The translations under genes were made by a program, and so were the position numbers. A stretch of 33,731 nt of DNA from positions 1-33,731 of IMG/VR virus record IMGVR_UViG_3300032332_000956; one strand, written 5' to 3'. Under the pieces are notes generated by a model. It ran no database searches and was not told the DNA's origin. It worked only from the letters and a program-made list of their open reading frames with translations. The DNA comes from a virus (taxonomy: Duplodnaviria; Caudoviricetes). Of this stretch, positions 32,248-33,731 are shown in pieces (the first letter of the stretch is position 1; every line of letters begins with the position of its first letter).

Positions 32248-33731
32248 ATGGCAACTCGAAATCCTAAAATCTCCATCTACATGATCGCCGGGCACGAGGC
32301 CCAATTTATCAACCGCTGCCTTACCGCCTTTAAGCCATACTGCGACGAGCTGGTTGTGTGCATTGCTCAGGGCGGCCGACCTGACGATGGCACTCGGGCG
32401 ATTGCCGAGAAGTCAGGCGCCAAGATAGTCGAATATAAAAACGCACCGGCAGGGGCGAGCTGGCCGCACGTCGACAACTTTTCCGCTGCCCGCAACACGG
32501 CGCTGGATGCCTGTACAGGGGACTATGCGGTATGGGTGGATTGCGATGACTTGCCGCATAAAGACCTCAAAAACGCTTTTAAAAGGGGCGTAGAAGCATT
32601 TGAACAGAATCCGAAGCTTGGCATCTATGCGGGCGTCTATGACGTTATAAACGCCAAATTAAGGCCAGTACGCGAGCGCATGGTAAGGCGTATAGACGGC
32701 GTATGGTCTGGGAGGTGGAACTACGCAGTGCATGAGGCGCTGTTGCCTAATGCTGGGCTGGAATCCGTGGGCGAGCAGGCAGTGTGGGTAGAGCATCACC
32801 CTGGCGGATATAAGCCAAACAGCGCCGATCGGAATCTTCGCATTCTTCAAGGCCAGTTAAGCGAAGCAGGCAAGTATGCCTACTACTATCAGCAAGAACT
32901 TTTCTTAGGTAATCGCAGGACTGAATCTGAGCCTTGGTCACACGTTGCCGCTGTCTGGCCAGGGCAAGAGGCAACGCTGGCTTACGAGGCCGCCTGCAAT
33001 CAGGCCACAGCTACGCAAGATCGCACAGTCAGAATTAGCTTATACCAAAAGGCACATCAGATGAACCCTGGGCGCAGGGAAGCGATTTACTTTTTAGCCA
33101 GGGAAGAGGCCAGCGTGGGTGCGTGGTTACAGGCTTACCACTTGCTAAAATCGGCCATGGTTCAGCCCGATCCGGGCGTAAAGATCTGGAACGCCCAACG
33201 CACCGTGTACGACTTTGAGTGCATCGATCTGTACCTAGCGGCCTGTAAAGCCGTCGGAGATACAACGGAAGCGGAAAAGATTGAGAACATGTGGAGGGCA
33301 CAAAAGCCCGTAAAGATTAGCGTATGCCACGCAACTCGAGGACGCCCGCAAGAAGCGATTAACGCCCGCATCTTGTGGATGAAAAAGGCGGCAGATCCAG
33401 CGTCAATTGAGTGGATCTATTCAGTCGACGATGACGATCCCAAAGCCGACATGTTGAAAAATTGGGGAATTGTAAAGGGCAAGGGCGGGTGTATTGCGGC
33501 TTGGAACAGGGCGGCCGAAGTAGCCCGCGGTGAAATTATCATTCAAGGCTCCGACGATTGGGATCCTCCGCTGCATTGGGACAAAATAATCAGCGACAGG
33601 ATTGGCGATACCAGCAAACCCAAGGTACTGGCAATTTCCGACGGCCACCGCAAAGACGATCTGCTGTGCATGGCAATCCTCACCAAAGCACGACTGCAAG
33701 ATCAGGGCGCCATGTTTGCCGCTGAATATGA
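32248..33731 (+). CDS. Double glycosyltransferase GT2-TPR-GT2 (561 aa, continues to 325 across the origin)
   Basis: Translated by hand with no stop: KISIYMIA, DDGT, NFSAARN, WVDCDD, VHE, RNLRIL; TPR-like helices (NPGRREAIYFLA); second GT-A domain ISVCHATRGRP, VDDDD, AWN, GSDDW. Confidence 0.9.
   Translation, partial: MATRNPKISIYMIAGHEAQFINRCLTAFKPYCDELVVCIAQGGRPDDGTRAIAEKSGAKIVEYKNAPAGASWPHVDNFSAARNTALDACTGDYAVWVDCDDLPHKDLKNAFKRGVEAFEQNPKLGIYAGVYDVINAKLRPVRERMVRRIDGVWSGRWNYAVHEALLPNAGLESVGEQAVWVEHHPGGYKPNSADRNLRILQGQLSEAGKYAYYYQQELFLGNRRTESEPWSHVAAVWPGQEATLAYEAACNQATATQDRTVRISLYQKAHQMNPGRREAIYFLAREEASVGAWLQAYHLLKSAMVQPDPGVKIWNAQRTVYDFECIDLYLAACKAVGDTTEAEKIENMWRAQKPVKISVCHATRGRPQEAINARILWMKKAADPASIEWIYSVDDDDPKADMLKNWGIVKGKGGCIAAWNRAAEVARGEIIIQGSDDWDPPLHWDKIISDRIGDTSKPKVLAISDGHRKDDLLCMAILTKARLQDQGAMFAAEY
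33609..33731. repeat. Terminal overlap copy 2 (identical to 1-123)
   Basis: Exact 123-bp match. Confidence 0.95.

Larger units (their letters stand above)
1..33731. mobile_element. Complete temperate tailed phage (siphovirus-like) genome, ~33,608 bp circle
   Basis: Terminase, portal, capsid, tail, lysis, integrase and primase-helicase are all present; the two ends overlap by 123 bp. Confidence 0.95.

Noticed and set aside
33609-33731. 123-bp terminal direct repeat as a biological DTR
   Set aside because: It lies mid-gene and far from terS, and the terminase is cos-type; best explained as circular assembly overlap
1-33731. Stop-codon reassignment or a diversity-generating retroelement
   Set aside because: TAA, TAG and TGA all end well-formed genes with dense tiling in the standard code; no reverse transcriptase or TR/VR pair was seen

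Overview
A complete, circularly assembled temperate tailed-phage genome of about 33.6 kb. Bases 1-123 are identical to 33609-33731, an assembly overlap that splits one gene. Nearly all genes are on the + strand. Order from the packaging genes: terminase (lambda GpA type), head-tail adaptor, lambda-type portal, a moron, protease/scaffold, major capsid, a five-gene sugar-modification cassette (GT2-TPR-GT2, GT-B-like protein, minimal ThDP E1-beta, radical SAM, minimal ThDP E1-alpha), a non-contractile tail with a -1 frameshifted chaperone, fibres/RBP, and a lysis module (holins, spanin pair, M15 endolysin, which implies a diderm host). These are followed by a divergent pair of paralogous ribbon-helix-helix repressors, an xis-like gene, a tyrosine integrase with a tRNA-Ser-like attP, and an early/replication operon ending in a primase-helicase and an iteron origin. 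Three signals stand out: the glycosyltransferase/ThDP/radical-SAM cassette inside the virion module, a TTGACA(C) motif 13-16 nt before the start codons of late genes, and a two-RHH switch separated from the early operon by attP. All family calls come from motif recognition by eye, and no searches were run.
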